Below, piece after piece: positions 12,082 through 25,807 of a stretch of 64,000 bases of DNA. Location of the stretch: NCBI RefSeq assembly GCF_001194135.2, contig NC_068997.1, positions 7,011,412 through 7,075,411 on the forward strand, read 5' to 3'. Every line of letters starts with the position of its first letter. Position 1 is the first letter of the stretch. The DNA is from Octopus bimaculoides. Taxonomy: Eukaryota. The translations under genes were made by a program, and so were the position numbers. Under the pieces are notes generated by a model. That model saw only the letters and a program-made list of their open reading frames with translations. It was not told where the DNA came from and searched no databases.

Positions 12082-12124
<43 letters not shown>

Positions 12125-14176
12125 NNNNNNNNNNTATATATACATATATATATATATATACATACACACACACACACATACATATCAAGTCTAATTGTGT
12201 CAGTCTATATCAATACCTCCGTATTAGCTGAATTTGAATTTCTTCTTTGGCCACTCTTGACGCTGTGGGCCTATCCCAAGATCAAGAAGTCAGAGCTTAA
12301 GTTTGAAGTCATTCAAGCACGGCTATCTGTTTTCTATACTGATCTTATCTTGCTTTCACTTACTGTGTGTGTGTGTGTGTACACACACACACACACAGAT
12401 GCAGATACAAATATAAACATGCATACATAATAATTTAGTGTGGATTTATATTAACTGGTGTATTCATAGTAATAATGTTAAAGATGAAAAACACAAGTTT
12501 GAAACTTTAGTGGGACATGCACGGCTATTAATCATTGAAACCATTTTAGTTTTCTTCATGCTGGTTACAAATACGATATAATAAGTAGCTTCTTGTAATT
12601 GTCTCGATTGTTTCTCAGAAAACAGAATGATTGAGGAAGGTACATAGGAAGTCAATGTTTAGAGGAGCAGAGAATATAGCAGTAAATAAATGGAACAAAA
12701 GCTCAACGGTGTCATTGTTTTAACATTCCAAGCAACAGACATTATAACAGTGATGATGACAAGGGAAAGGGACAGATGATGAGGATAATAATGGTGATGC
12801 TGTACGGCTGTAAGTTCTTAACACTGATTGACTTGGTACCTCAGCTACCAAGTTAGAAGCACTTCAGCTTCATGGCTAGAAATAATTGGGAACTCATGAA
12901 CATCATGGTTGATAATATGATCCTCCTCCTTGTAAATTTAAAGCGTCATAACTGCACGAAATATCCGCCATGCATGATTATAACAAACACAAATAAACAG
13001 CACAAACACTGCAATACACAAAAGCACAGGCACAACCATTGCAAAGAGAAAACTCGTTTGAAGGAAGATGAGCGAAAGAGAAACATTTATCCATAAACAA
13101 ATACACACACGCACAGATGCTCACGTAACACACACACACACACACATACAGAAAGGCAACCACACACATTGATAATCAGACACACGCGTACACACAGACA
13201 CCTACACATAGATATATACACACACACACACACACCTACACATGCGCATACAAGCATAGACACCTACACACACAATTGCCAGCAAGCAGATGCCATAACT
13301 GACCTCCTCTTTTGCAAGGGAGGGGGAGGGGAGAGGGCAGCTGTAAAAATGAACGAAGAAGAAGCGGGGAAAGAACATAAGGCAATGGTGAACCTGGAGA
13401 CTTGTGGATAAAATTGAAGTAGAGAACAGGCCTCCTTCATCATAAAATGGAAGCTGCTGATTAGGAGGAGGCAGTGGGTGAGATGCTGGTAGTGAGTGGA
13501 ATATAATGATTTGATGAGGAAGATGATGTAGAAACCATCAAGAACATGAAATGCACCAAACAAAAGCAAGGAAAAAAAAACATGTAACAGTCCAAAATCC
13601 ATTGTTATTTTAAGCATTAACCTCAACAATTACCTAAATGCAATGCAAGAGTTAAGTTGCTAGGTTACAGTCACAAGGGTCACAAGTGACATTGTGTTGT
13701 AGCTGACCACCACACCAGAAGCAAAAGAAAATTATTCAATGTGACAAGAGGAGAGGGCTGAAGAGGTCAGAAATACAAAGATCAAATTATAATCAAAAGA
13801 AACTAATTCCTGATCTGAAGGAATGGTTTGTGTTAAAGTACTGTTAGAAGAAATATGAGAAGTGGAGGCCTTCATCAGAGATTTAATCAATTCTCAAAAC
13901 CTTCAATACTGTCTCTTCACCAATTTACATTCCTTTTAGTTTTTTTTCCCAAATACAACTGCCTGCCTTTGTTAAGTAACACAGAACAATCACTAATGTA
14001 CATTTGCTGAAATGTAGTCCTAGCTACATTGTGTCAATCCATCATCACTTATTTTAGCAACCATGCAAAGACGAAAGACAAAGTTAACTTCGGCAGGATT
14101 TGAACTCACAACCAGAATGAATACTGCATTCTAACAACAATGTCAGTTTGCTGCTTTGTGGCTTCAGACTAAATAA

Positions 14177-14227
<51 letters not shown>

Positions 14228-15983
14228 TGACCAATGGTGAAATTCCCCACTGCTATGTTACCCCCAACTACATCAACTTTTGGAGAGTTTACAGTAAAAA
14301 GTTAGGAATTAATTTTTTGTGGAGACAGATCTTCAGATTCGATTTGGAATTTTACCACATCTTTATTACATAGTCTGAGAGGGTGTTTCAGTGCTGCAAG
14401 CACTGTCCATCTTTCTCAGCAGGAAGTGAGCAAAGTAAAGCAATGAAATGAAGAAAATGGTGGTGGCAGCGGTGGTGGTGGTTGAATGTTTTGAGCAGAG
14501 GAGAGAATGGAGGGAGGTGAGATAAGAAAGAAGCAGGTCTGCTGAAGCAATTATTCCTTTCTGCATTTGTTGAAGAACATAAAAGCCGTTTGTTTTTCTT
14601 TCTTCTTTTACATCTTTGAAATGCTATAAATAGCACACCAACTCATACAACCTAATTCCTCTGACCAAATTGATACCTTACACCTGTCAATCAGTTTATA
14701 CTTATCATTTGCTGCCACAGCAAGAAACCTCGCTACAAATAGCAGCCAAACCTCCCTCAAATAATACTATACTATCGTGAGGGAAACAGAAAACACTAGG
14801 CCCGACAGTCTTTGCAACAGAAATAAACAAGAAGATAACTTGAATGCATTGGATTACAAGCTTACTTAATCAAGGTTGGCCTGGGGCTAAACGACAACAC
14901 TTAAGATAGCAGATGCTGTTTCCCTCAACTTCACAAACCTTCTCTTCTCGGAAAATTTCTTCCCATTTAGAAATATTTAGACTGGTCATAAGCTGGATAT
15001 ACGAAAGCGTATGTTTAGATGTACATTACCTACTACCCACTGGGTGTGCTCTTGATTTTGTGAATATATATCTATACAACGCCAGTGTGTATGGGTGGAC
15101 ATATGGTGTCTATGATTGATTTTCTGCATAAATGGTGTAGAATGTGTGTGTGTGTGTGTGTAGCTGGCTCAGTGTTAATGCCAATCAAATATAATATTAC
15201 CACCACCACCATTGTTGCTATTGGTAGCTTTTCCATACTTCCCTGCTTCTATCACAGCAAAAACTATTGCAGCTGTCCCCTCCTCCTCTTACTAGAACCA
15301 CCATTATTTATCAGCAGTGTCACATGGGCCATTTGACTTACTTGTGAAGTACTTCAAAGTGGATGTGTTAAGTAAGCAGAGCCGACCACAATCAGTGGCA
15401 ACTCACTGAGCCAACCAGACGGAAGGACCAGACGAAGGATAGCTGCTGGCAGAACCACAGCTACAAGTTTCAACATCTCTCCCTCTCTCTCTCTCTCTCT
15501 CATCCACAAATATGGTTATGTGTGTGCATGTATGTGTGTGAGAGAGAGATTCTTTCATGTTCCCAAACAAACGAAAGCAGTTGTATTTGTGTAAAGCTAA
15601 AAATTTGTTTATTACAATTCTGTAAGAGGAGAAAATATTGAAGATTTGGAAAATTGATTAAATCTGTGATGAAGTTCTCCACCCTAAACATTAGGTAAAT
15701 ATTTCTTCTCCTCTCAAGCATTGTAGCAGACATCGAACAGGCCACACACTAGTTTCCTCAAATTATAGTTTATCTGCATTAATTATTGGCTTAGATATAT
15801 TTTCCTTCCAAACAAAAACCAACTCATTCAACCATGAAACACGATGTATTCCTGTGAGATTTTCTAAACAGAGACTGAGAAATTCAATAGCAAAAGCCAA
15901 AGAATTCTTCAAACAATCTCTACTACAGTCTTTAGAAACAGGAGTCTCATATTTGTAAGTCCCTAAATTTTAGACCAAGAAAC

Positions 15984-16364
15984 TTACTCTTTTACTTGTT
16001 TCAGTCGTTTGACTGTGGCCATGCTGGAGCACCACCTTTAGTCGAGCAAATCGACCCCAGGACTTATTCTTTGGATGCCTAGTACTTATTCTATCGGTCT
16101 CTTTTGCCGAACCGCTAAGTTACGGGGGACCTAAACACACCAGCATCGGTTGTCAAGCGATGTTGGGGTGACAAACATATACACACATATACATATATAC
16201 ATATATACGAGAGGCTTCTTTCAGTTTCCGTCTACCAAATCCACTCAGAAGGCTTTAGTCGGCCCGAGGCTATAGTAGAAGACACTTGCCCAAGATGCCA
16301 CGCAGTGGGACTGAACCTGGAATCATGTGGTTGGTAAGCAAGCTACTTACCACACAGCCACTCC
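15984..16364 (-). mobile_element. SINE family A, full length
   Basis: Reverse complement of 3749-4150 along its whole length, including A/B boxes. Confidence 0.93.
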
Positions 16365-17560
16365 AATAAAAATAAAATGACCATTGAAAAAAGAAATAAG
16401 TAGTCAAAATTATATGACAACTAGTAAGGGACATTAGTGAGAGTTTAAAGGATCAGCAGGAATAAAAAATAAAAAAAGAGAAGCAAAACCAATTAACTTT
16501 ATGATGAGCCAACAACGAAACCTTTTCATAATCAATTTTCCATACTAGAAATAGCAGCAAAATTCTCTCTAATCATACCTTAACATCTCCGAAAAGAAAG
16601 GACGAGGACAATGTAGTTGTAGATAGACAAAGAGATAAGATGGCCATGGGTGGAACACATTTGGTCATACATCAACTCAACCAGAGTGCACCAAGCACAA
16701 CCGTCTTATCATTTTGGGGATAAAAGAAAAAGATCTATTGATTTGAGGTCATTGAAACAGAAACCTTTCCCTTCTCAATCACTATAAAACTATAAAACAA
16801 CAAAAAAAAAAAAAACTACATCCCAAAATCTAGGCTTGTTCTTCAGAATAAGATGTTCAATGTTAACCATCTTCAGAGAATACAACTGCACCACATCTTA
16901 AAATCTCACTCCCATATCTGATACAGCATAGCTTTTCCCTACACAGACACACAAACACATCTTTAACCGCACCCCCACCCGCGACTCAAAACTCTCTCTC
17001 TCCCCTATTTCTTTTATTACTAATACAACAATTCCAGACTCTCTGACTAACAGACTATTTCCAACCTAATTACATCCACCTCTTCTTCTCTCATCATCCC
17101 TACTTTCCTTTCATACCATAAAAAACTTTCTACTCAACCATTCCACCTCCAATTCTGCCACAATCTTTCCATCTCAGAACATCTCAGTTCAGATTTTCCC
17201 TTCAAGCAACATGTCCAAACTGAACAGGCACCCTAAGCCCTAATCTCACTAATCTGAAAAGGCTTTACAAGGAACCATAACAAAAAAAGAAAAAGAGTCA
17301 AGGGTGCATACAATTTCATCTCTGACTATTCTAAACTATGGAACATCAGAAGTGCCACATATATCAGCAGAGCTGAAGTCAACCTACATGTAACCATCAG
17401 TTCCCAAATCTTATTTTATATATTTTATGCTTTGCCTACACACCAACCCCTTCTTTTTTTTCTTTTATTCATTTTCTGATTTCAGTTATTGGACTGCAGC
17501 CATACTGGAGCACCAGTTTCAAGGGGTTTTAATCATATCAACCCTAGTATTTATTTCATT

Positions 17561-17944
17561 GTGGAGGCGCAATGGCCCAGTGGTTAGAGCAGCGGATTCG
17601 CGGTCATAGGATCGCGGTTTCGATTCCCAGACCGGGCGTTGTGAGTGTTTATCGAGCGAAAACACCTAAAGCTCCACATGACACTGGCAGGGGATGGTGG
17701 CGAACCCTGCTGTACTCTTCCACCACAACTTTCTCTCACTCTTTTTTCCTGTTTCTGTTGTGTCTGTAATTCAAAGGGTCAGCCTTGTCACACTGTGTCA
17801 CGCTGAATATCCCCGAGAACTACGTTAAGGGTACACGTGTCTGTGGAGTGCTCAGCCACTTGCACATTCATTTCACGAGCAAGCTGTTCCGTTGATCGGA
17901 TCAACTGGAACCCTCGACATCGTAAGCGACGGAGTGCTAACAAC
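17561..17944 (+). mobile_element. tRNA-derived SINE family B, full length, relatively young
   Basis: Head GGAGGCGCAATGGCCCAGTGGTTAGAGC (A box) and GGTTTCGATTCC (B box); CpGs largely intact; 12-bp TSD ATTTATTTCATT at 17549-17560 and 17945-17956. Confidence 0.9.
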
Positions 17945-18232
17945 ATTTATTTCATTAATCTGGTACTTATTTTAACAATCTCTATAGAAATCAATCAATA
18001 AGTTACAAGAGATAGAGGGCCACAACATACGTGCACACGCACACACACACACACACACACAGAGGACTTCTGCACTGCTTCTTTATCCCAAATTCCACTT
18101 ACACGGTACTGAGCAAAGTGAGGTTGTAGTAGAAAGACATTTGGCCAAGAGGCCACACAGTTAGACCCAACCCAGAGCTATGTCTTTCAAAAGCAACCTT
18201 TTCAATGCTTGTTGGCATTTAATATCTTTGGA

Positions 18233-18478
18233 CATCATCATCATCATCATCATCGTTTAACGTCCGCTTTCCATGCTAGCATGGGTTGGACGATTTGACT
18301 GAGGACTGGTGCAACCAGATGGCTACACCAGGCTCCAATCTAATTTGGCAAAGTTTCTACAGCTGGATGCCCTTCCTAACGCCAACCACTCAGAGAGTGT
18401 AGTGGGTGCTTTTACGTGTCACCCGCACGAAAACGGCCACGCTCGAAATGGTGTCTTTTATGTGCCACCCGCACAGGA
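18233..18478 (-). mobile_element. RTE 3' UTR/tail copy (young subfamily)
   Basis: Reverse complement of the 5870-6133 region with a shortened repeat unit; tail identical to 6066-6130. Confidence 0.9.
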
Positions 18479-18495
18479 TTCACAAAATGTTTTAA

Positions 18496-18715
18496 CCCTT
18501 TAGTGTTCAGATTACTCTGTTAAATGCAATACTTTTTCACTCAAATTGCTTTGAATTAATTATGCATTATCTTATAGCTTTGAGGTTTCAATGATGTGAT
18601 TGTTTATTTTTAGAATGTCAATGTAGGTTAGGTGTGAGAGGCTAGATATGGCCAGTTTGAATATAAAACATGTAGAATATTTGGGCCAGATATGGCCGGT
18701 TTAAACACTAAAGGG
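18496..18715. mobile_element. piggyBac-type MITE (220 bp)
   Basis: TTAA|CCCTTTAGTGTT ... AACACTAAAGGG|TTAA: 12-bp perfect TIRs starting CCC and TTAA target duplication (18492-18495, 18716-18719). Confidence 0.85.
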
Positions 18716-19409
18716 TTAAATATACAGAAATCATTACAGATGTAAACTTGAAATAGTCAATTCATCAAAATAAGTGTTTATAAAATCAGAATAGTTACAT
18801 AAAGTAAGTAGTAGCCATTATTCATAAGTCCTGCCAAAAATCACAAAGTGACTGACAACCCAAAGAATTAGAATGATCATATTAAGACAATCATTACAAG
18901 GAACTATCAAAAGCTGTGAACTGTAAACAAGATTAGCTCAGTTGATGACAGGTTTTATATATAGAATAAATGACACGTAACTGTTACAAGATCAATGTTC
19001 AAAGTTAGGCTCCATTCTTCACAGTTACCACCATCTTCTGACACATTCTGACATACTTACACACACACACACACACACATACACACACACATACACACAT
19101 CTTTGAATATTCTCAAGTTTTTATTGAAATTATTAATGGCAGAAGAAAAATCTTTTCAATAATACTGAATATAAATAAAAGATGAAATGGAATTAAACAA
19201 AATTGATAAACAAGCTTTTTAAAAAATATCAAATTGGAAAAGGAAAAAAAAAGATTCCTTTTTAATGAGATGGGGAGAGGGGAAGGGGGTGGTTCACTGT
19301 TTTTAGTAAAGATTTTTTTTTTTTTTTTTGGTGTTCCTATAAACAAGAATCTCAAAGGGTTGGCAGAAACTGTTACAGCAACAGAACTCCTTTAAAAGCT
19401 TTAATTTCT

Positions 19410-19484
19410 NNNNNNNNNNNNNNNNNNNNNNNNNNNNNNNNNNNNNNNNNNNNNNNNNNNNNNNNNNNNNNNNNNNNNNNNNNN
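19410..19484. other. Assembly gap (75 N)
   Basis: Run of N. Three further 10-N gaps at 12125, 31326 and 33340. Confidence 1.
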
Positions 19485-19870
19485 GGGGGGAGAGGAGGAA
19501 AGAGAATGCAACGGTAAAAACAACAAAAATAAAACTGCAGTAAAGAAGGGGAAAAAAATAGTTTGTATGGAAGGATTTAAGGGGGTTTAACTTATGAACG
19601 GAGCTTTATTGATTAATGCATCAGCACTTCATCTGTATGTGGTAGAGAATTGAAATGCAATAGGAAGGAAACGGTTCACCTCCTAACCAACCCCATTCTG
19701 ACCCACCAATACTGACTGCAGTCCCCTAGTCTACTAACACACCACTATTTGCCCCCTGCCTGCCACTCGGATTCTTCCTGAGCTATCTTAGAAATGGAAG
19801 AGCATCAAAACAAGGGAGAAGGAGAGAGAAGAAGAGCAACAAACATTGAGAAAGATATGGAGAAGCAGTG

Positions 19871-19906
<36 letters not shown>

Positions 19907-19989
19907 TGTATGTTGTTTATGAAAAACACAGTATTTATATGAAGCTGTTCAATCAAGAGAGTAATTGATGATGATAATAATAATATCAG

Positions 19990-20021
<32 letters not shown>

Positions 20022-20559
20022 GGCAAGCATTCAGAATTAAGAGACAAGATCTTGTGAACTGAGTCTGCAACCTAGTTTTGGATTCTGAAGCTATTTCACT
20101 TAACTGTGTTGATAGTTTTGAGAAAAGCATTAACATCACAAAATCTCGTTAGATAATGGTGAGTCAAAACTCTATTAGCTGGAATTATCTAAACGGTAAC
20201 TGCATTCTCAGTAATTGCAGCCTGAGGCATCAACATTTTGCTTTTTTTTTTGTGTTTGTTTTTTTCATATCTCGCCTAAACATTTCCCATTTAATTTATG
20301 TGAGACAGGCATGAACATCACAACACTGTGTCATATTCCTTAAACTCTTCAAGTGCCAGGCCTATCTAAGAAGAAATCATTAGAATCACACTCCATTTAT
20401 ATGCTTATCTGCAATAATTTCTTTTATTAGCCACAGGGGCATAGATGAGGGGGACATCACAAGAACAGACAACAGTTTGTGTAAAGATCTACTTAAGGGA
20501 TTTGGAGAAAGAAATGGAAAAACAAAATCAGTTAAATGCAATAAAGGTATACATATAAT

Positions 20560-20886
20560 AGGTGCAGGAGTGGCTGTGTGGTAAGTAGCTTGCCTACCAA
20601 CCACATGGTTGCGGGTTCAGTCCCACTGCTTGGCACCTTGGGCAAGTGTCTTTTATTATATATATACATATATATATATATAAGTGTGTGTGTATAGGTT
20701 TGTGTGTCTGTGTTTGTCCCTCCACCATCACTTGACAACCGATGCTGGTGTGTTTACGTCCCCGTAACTTAGTGGTTCGATAAAATAAGTACTAGGCTTA
20801 CAAAGAATAACTCCTGGAGTCAATTTGTTGAACTAAAGGTGGTGCTGCAGCATGGCCACAGTCTAAATGACTGAATCAAAAGAATA
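20560..20886 (+). mobile_element. SINE family A with internal deletion
   Basis: A/B-box head and tail match family A; segment between GCAAGTGTCTT and the central TA tract is missing. Confidence 0.88.
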
Positions 20887-21399
20887 GCATGCAAAGTATA
20901 TGATAACATGAATGATGCTGACCTCCCGATACAGGAGAAGCTCCAGCTAGGGCCACTCAAGGAACCCTGTTGATCCAGCATTACCCTGACCACCTCCTGC
21001 AAGCCAATTTACAGGTGCATGCTTAGAGTAAGGCCATTCGCTCGAACCATTTTTGCCACAGTCACCCATTTTATCACAAATTCACTGGGAAATAGCACTT
21101 CCCTCTTCACCTTAACTTTCTTTTCCAGGTGGAACTTTATGAGGGCTTGACCAAAGAGGCAGGTGTCTTTCCTTAATCCTTTCAGCCTCGTCCACCACAC
21201 ACCCTCTTATGCCACACCCACCAGACAGACAAACATCACCTACTCTGCATTGTTAAAGGTGGGTGATGGGGTGATCCTTGCAATGGATTTGGCCAATGGT
21301 CAAATTCATCTCATATGCGATGACAGCTGTTCAACATCGACATAACCCCACAAGTCAGCAGTACTTGGACATTATGGGAGTGCATACAGAATGGTAATA

Positions 21400-21605
21400 A
21401 TGATTTTCTAATCTTGGAAGAAGGCCTGAAATTCGGAGGGGGGGCAGGTTAAATGATTCCAATGGCTCCAGCGATTTTTTTTTTATTTTATCAACTCTGA
21501 AAAAAATGGAAGGTAAAGATAACCTGACAGGAATTGAACTTAAAAATGTAAAAGAACGTAACTAAACATCAGGCATTTGGCTTGGTGCTTTACCAATTCT
21601 ATCAG
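21400..21605 (-). mobile_element. SINE family C, degenerate
   Basis: Reverse-complement similarity to 23489-23700 (GAGTTCAATT B-box region, CCTTTCATC..GATAAA body). Confidence 0.6.
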
Positions 21606-21711
21606 ATTCTCTTATACTGGCACAGGTGTGCAGGTTCTGAGAGAACAGTTGGACAAGAGTAGTGGATTAACTTCAACATCAGTAGACACACTTTGGCATT
21701 TTTTTAATTAA

Positions 21712-22086
21712 GCGAAATCAGGATAGTACCTGTGCCCAGCGTCGCCTTCCTGGCAATTGTGCCAGATGGCACGTGTAAAGACATTTGAGCGAGATCGTTG
21801 CCAGTGCCGCTGGACTGGCACCTGTGCAGGTGGCACGTAAAATACACCATTTCGAGCGTGGTCGTTGCCAGTACCTCCTGACTGGTCTTCGTGCCGGTGG
21901 CACGTAAAAAGCACCCACTACACTCTCAGAGTGGTTGGCGTTAGGAAGGGCATCCAGTTGTTGAAACACTGCCAAATCAGATTGGAGCCTGGTGCAGCCT
22001 TCTGGTTCACCAGTCCTCAGTCAAATCGTCCAACCCATGCTAGCATGGAAAGCGGACGTTAAACGATGATGATGATGATGATGATG
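21712..22086 (+). mobile_element. RTE 3' UTR/tail copy (young subfamily)
   Basis: Tandem GTGCC.GTGGCAC units, TTAGGAAGGGCATCCAG motif and tail identical to 6066-6130. Confidence 0.92.
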
Positions 22087-22240
22087 AAGCCTCAGAGAGG
22101 TAAAAGATAAAATCGACCCTGGAAAGATTGAAATTTCATTAGACTTTCTATCGTTTTCCTTCTTTATTTGCCACAAGGGCAACAAATATAATAATTCTCT
22201 GTATTTGATGTTTTGTGTTAATAAAAGAAACCATCACCAA

Positions 22241-22288
<48 letters not shown>

Positions 22289-22571
22289 CATTATTGTGAT
22301 TGTCGATGTGATCAACTGCTACTTCCTCTATGGAAGTTGGCCTTGTGCCTAGTCAAAGAAAATTATTATTATTATTGTTATGATTGCTCGAATAATTGCA
22401 TTGGCAGAAATGGCCAAATGCCAAACTCAATGCTAACATTTCATTATTTCAAACATTGCTAGGTTTGACTGGCCTTTTCATTTTTCCATAACAGATACCT
22501 GTAATACACTGGAGTAGATTCAATCTTTCAATCTACTATACCTTGCTCTCCTAAAATTAATAGTCAAGCAC

Positions 22572-22606
22572 CCTTGTACCTTATTAAAAATTATTATTAT
22601 TATTAT

Positions 22607-22677
<71 letters not shown>

Positions 22678-22680
22678 ATA
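22572..22680. repeat. Compound (ATT)n/(AGT)n microsatellite
   Basis: Directly visible. Confidence 0.95.
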
Positions 22681-22688
22681 GCATCGTT

Positions 22689-22910
22689 AAGGCAGCAAGC
22701 TAGCAGAATCGTTAGTGTTTTGGGGACAAAATGCTTTGCAGCATTTCTTCTAACTCCTTACATCTTGAGTTCAAATTCTGCCAAGGATAACTTAACTTTG
22801 CCTCTCATCCCTCTAGGGACAGACAAGTCCTGCAGTCAATGTAATCAACTTACCCAATTCCCTAAAATTGCTGGCCTTGTGTCAGAATGTGAACCAATTA
22901 TTATTAGAAG
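22689..22910 (+). mobile_element. tRNA-derived SINE family C
   Basis: AAGGCAGCAAGCTAGCAGAATCGTTAG head, GAGTTCAAATTC B box, tail AAAATTGCTGGCCTTGTG..CAATTATTATT. Confidence 0.8.
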
Positions 22911-23456
22911 CATCTTCCTCTCTAGCCAAGCTTTCACCAACTTTTCCAAATATTACGAGAAGAGAATGTTGAGGGCAGAGAAGATGCTGCCCTCTGGTGC
23001 GCTTAACAAAAGATGAATGAGAATGCTTCTACCACAAACATGCTTTTCAAAGAAAGAAAGAAACAGGAGAGGGCACTTTGGATGCTTTGGGTAATCTGGA
23101 TTTGTTTCTGTAGGGTCTTCCCTCAAGTCACCCCATGTTTTCTGTCTCCACTTATTGCAGGAATTGAGTTTTTATATTCTTTATTTTTGCTGCCCCACTT
23201 TTTTTTTATTATTATTATTATTTTATATAAATCCCACTGTTGTGTTGTAGGTTTACATTTCATCCTTATATTGTCCTCAGAGTCTTGGGGTCTTGTAACC
23301 AATAAACAAAATTATTATTATTTCCATTTGACAGATATTTGTCCTCACCTTGTTTGTTGTTAACACAACATTTTGGCTGATATACCCTCCAGCCTTCATC
23401 AGGTGTTTTGGGGAAATTTCAAACTTGGGTTCTCATTCCTAAGGTATTTTACGATA

Positions 23457-23488
<32 letters not shown>

Positions 23489-23700
23489 GAGGCATTGAGC
23501 TGGCAAAATCATTAACATATCAGGCAAAATGCTTAGCAGCATTTCATCTGAGTTCAATTTCTACCAAGGTCGACTTTGCCTTTGATCCTTTCGGGGTCAA
23601 TAAAATAAGTACCAGTCGAACACTGGGGTCAATGTAATCAACTTATCCCCACCCACAAAATTGTTGGCTTTGTGCTAAAATTTTAAACAATTATTATTAA
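23489..23700 (+). mobile_element. tRNA-derived SINE family C
   Basis: GAGTTCAATTTC B box, body GTCGACTTTGCCTTTGATCCTTTCGGGGTCAATAAAATAAGTACCAG, (ATT)n tail; a partial further copy starts at about 23728. Confidence 0.85.
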
Positions 23701-24174
23701 TATTATTATTATTATTGATATTATTATTAAGGTGAGCTGACAGAATCGTTAATGCATTGGACAAAATGCCTAGTGCCATTTCTTCCAATTCTTTACGTAC
23801 AGAGTTCAAATTTTGCCAGAGTCAACTTTGCATTTCTTCCTCTGGGGAAAAGCAAGGAAACCTCTCCACCATAATTTATGGCTTTATGCCAAAGTTAGAA
23901 ATAATTATCATTACAACCACAGACCAGGATCATTCCTAATTTGTTGGAGAGCTCACAGACAAATTGTAAAACAAAGATACAATTCTACACACACACACAC
24001 ACCATCATTTTCACCTCTGAATTTTCTACAAGGCATAAAATATTTATCGACAAAAACATTAACTTGTGAAAATACGAATCCAAACAGAGGAAGGGGAAAA
24101 CTGACATTAATCTTTCCCACAATTCATTATCTTTCCCTCTTTGACATAAATAGGGACTTCAATTGATGTAATTA

Positions 24175-24227
<53 letters not shown>

Positions 24228-24441
24228 GAAAAACATTTCCGGGAATATTGTGTTACCCAAAAAATATAAAAAAAAAGGAAACAAAATAGCAATCCAAATG
24301 AAAAAGCATAAAAGTAGTTTGTAAGGAAAGAGATAAAGTCAATTGACCTAAGCCTACCAAATTTAGTGGTATTTATTTTTATCAGAATGGAGGAATAAAA
24401 AACAAAGTGAAGCTGGAGGAATTTGGCATCTTTTTGTTTTG

Positions 24442-24891
24442 NNNNNNNNNNNNNNNNNNNNNNNNNNNNNNNNNNNNNNNNNNNNNNNNNNNNNNNNNNN
24501 NNNNNNNNNNNNNNNNNNNNNNNNNNNNNNNNNNNNNNNNNNNNNNNNNNNNNNNNNNNNNNNNNNNNNNNNNNNNNNNNNNNNNNNNNNNNNNNNNNNN
24601 NNNNNNNNNNNNNNNNNNNNNNNNNNNNNNNNNNNNNNNNNNNNNNNNNNNNNNNNNNNNNNNNNNNNNNNNNNNNNNNNNNNNNNNNNNNNNNNNNNNN
24701 NNNNNNNNNNNNNNNNNNNNNNNNNNNNNNNNNNNNNNNNNNNNNNNNNNNNNNNNNNNNNNNNNNNNNNNNNNNNNNNNNNNNNNNNNNNNNNNNNNNN
24801 NNNNNNNNNNNNNNNNNNNNNNNNNNNNNNNNNNNNNNNNNNNNNNNNNNNNNNNNNNNNNNNNNNNNNNNNNNNNNNNNNNNNNNNNNNN
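24442..24891. other. Assembly gap (450 N)
   Basis: Run of N. Confidence 1.
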
Positions 24892-25070
24892 TTAAAACTA
24901 ACATTTCCAGATATGACCATGCTTTTGGGACATACAGCCTTAATATTCAGAAAAATTTCATCTACATTTTAAGATATACAAGCCAGTTTGGTAAGTTCAC
25001 TGTTCTGGGTTCAAACCACCTGTGGTTCTCATTTTCAGTTTTATGACACTTGAATTCCTAAAGGATTAAG

Positions 25071-25239
25071 ATCATCATCATCATCATCATCGTTTAACGT
25101 CCGCTTTCCATGCTAGCATGGGTTGGACGATTTGACTGAGGACTGGTGAAACCGGATGGCAACACCAGGCTCCAATCTAAATTTGGCAGAGTTTCTACAG
25201 CTGGATGCCCTTCCTAACGCCAACCACTCAGAGAGTGTA
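25071..25239 (-). mobile_element. RTE tail copy, 5'-truncated (young subfamily)
   Basis: (CAT)n CGTTTAACGTCCGCTTTCCATGCTAGCATGGGTTGGACGATTTGACTGAGGACTGG is the exact reverse complement of 6066-6130. Confidence 0.92.
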
Positions 25240-25807
25240 CAGTTAATTCAAGAGATTATAGTTCTGAATCAATGAGAAAGTCTCCACCCCTGTGGCTGCT
25301 CAACTTGCAAGAAATAACAGTTAAATGTCCTCAAATCACCCTCTACCCTCTTAAAACTGGAAGGACACAATATAGTTGTACATATACAAAATAGATGGGA
25401 TGGTTAAGGATGGAATGCCTTCGTTCAGGGGTCTGTTTGTTAAAGGACAACTTACAACTAAACAACAACACAGATTCTGCCTTTTAAAAAGTCGTTTGAA
25501 ACCCAGATAATATTGCAAACTGTGGGTGCAGACATGGCTACGTGATTAAGGGGTTCACAACCACATCGTTTCAAGTTCACTATATATCTTCTCCTGAAGC
25601 ACTGCGTTGACCAATGCCTTGTGAGTGACATTTGCTTACTGGAAACTGTACAGAAGCCTGTTGTGTGTGTGTGTGAGTGAGTATGTTTCTTGGTGTCTTT
25701 GCATTGACACCATTTAAGAAATAATGATAATATTGATATTCCAGATTAACATCATTAGCAAAGGCTGCATCAGCTTGATGTTCAATACGCAACAACATGG
25801 AGCAAAA

